Source: Rotaria socialis (lineage: Eukaryota). From it: a DNA stretch of 38,424 nt. The stretch lies in contig CAJNYD010000075.1 in assembly GCA_905331295.1 (NCBI GenBank), positions 49,361 to 87,784 of the forward strand, written 5' to 3'. This document shows, piece after piece, positions 38,007 through 38,424 of this stretch (position 1 is the stretch's first letter; every line of letters begins with the position of its first letter). A program made the translations under genes and the position numbers. Under the pieces are notes generated by a model, which was not told where the DNA came from, made no database searches, and was given only the letters and a program-made list of their open reading frames with translations.

Positions 38007-38424
38007 CCCAAGTAAGCAAAAAATGAAGGGAGACTACCGACATGACTAGTCAGAAATCCCCGCAGCTTCCGTCAAGTCTAGTCTGAAATGTCTTGCATAC
38101 CCGTCTTGTCTAGTCAGCTTAATGAGGAGTGTCTTACAAACACGTCTATACTAGTCTAAAATATCCTTGAGCCCAGTCATGTCTAGTCTGTATTATCTTT
38201 TGACCCAGTCCAGACTAGTAAGAAGATTAAAAAATAGGTTACACGGTGGATATGAACATCCAGCCCAACAGTGTTCAAAATATGACGGACATCCTGACGG
38301 CAGACTAGGACACTGAGATAGATTGCCGTAAGTATATATAGTCTAAACTTATATATTGACTCCCATCCATGTAAAGAAAATCAGAAATAAGTCGACTTAA
38401 ACGGTATTGCTTAGTCTGAAATTT
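38007..38424. repeat. Degenerate 32-bp periodic repeat, likely the subterminal region of a DNA transposon
   Basis: CTAGT core at 38046, 38078, 38110, 38151, 38183 and 38215 (spacing 32, 32, 41, 32, 32), consensus about CCGTCATGTCTAGTCTG. Inverted partial copies occur near 38283-38309. Candidate terminus CCCAAGTAAGCA at 38007. Confidence 0.55.

Noticed and set aside
37764..38043. Three minus-strand ORFs with WIQVDSSGFK repeats
   Set aside because: They are translations of the 10-bp tandem repeat.
38037..38220. CRISPR array
   Set aside because: Repeats are degenerate, linkers are mostly about 15 nt and partly similar to each other, no cas genes are present, and the context is eukaryotic.

Overview
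This is AT-rich eukaryotic genomic DNA with many 50-70 nt GT-AG introns. Its gene and TE content most resembles a bdelloid rotifer (inference only). The main feature is one very large intron-containing NRPS gene of bacterial type on the + strand. I traced it by hand through 20 exons (12184..35381); all junctions are GT-AG and keep the frame, giving about 6349 aa. Architecture: C-A-T | C-C-A-T | C-C-A-T | C-A-T | membrane-bound Pls/PosA-type terminal domain (as in epsilon-poly-L-lysine synthetase) | SAM methyltransferase resembling mycobacterial Rv2952. There is no thioesterase or reductase domain. The methyltransferase is joined through a GTAAGT donor just before an in-frame stop, so a shorter form without it (about 6071 aa) is also possible. 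Upstream lie an SLC52A-type riboflavin transporter gene, a 5'-truncated Penelope-like retroelement with a minimal hammerhead ribozyme, a hAT-type MITE, a 75-bp perfect inverted repeat and a BEN-like gene fragment. Tandem and subterminal repeats lie at the right end. All family assignments come from motif recognition; no searches were run.
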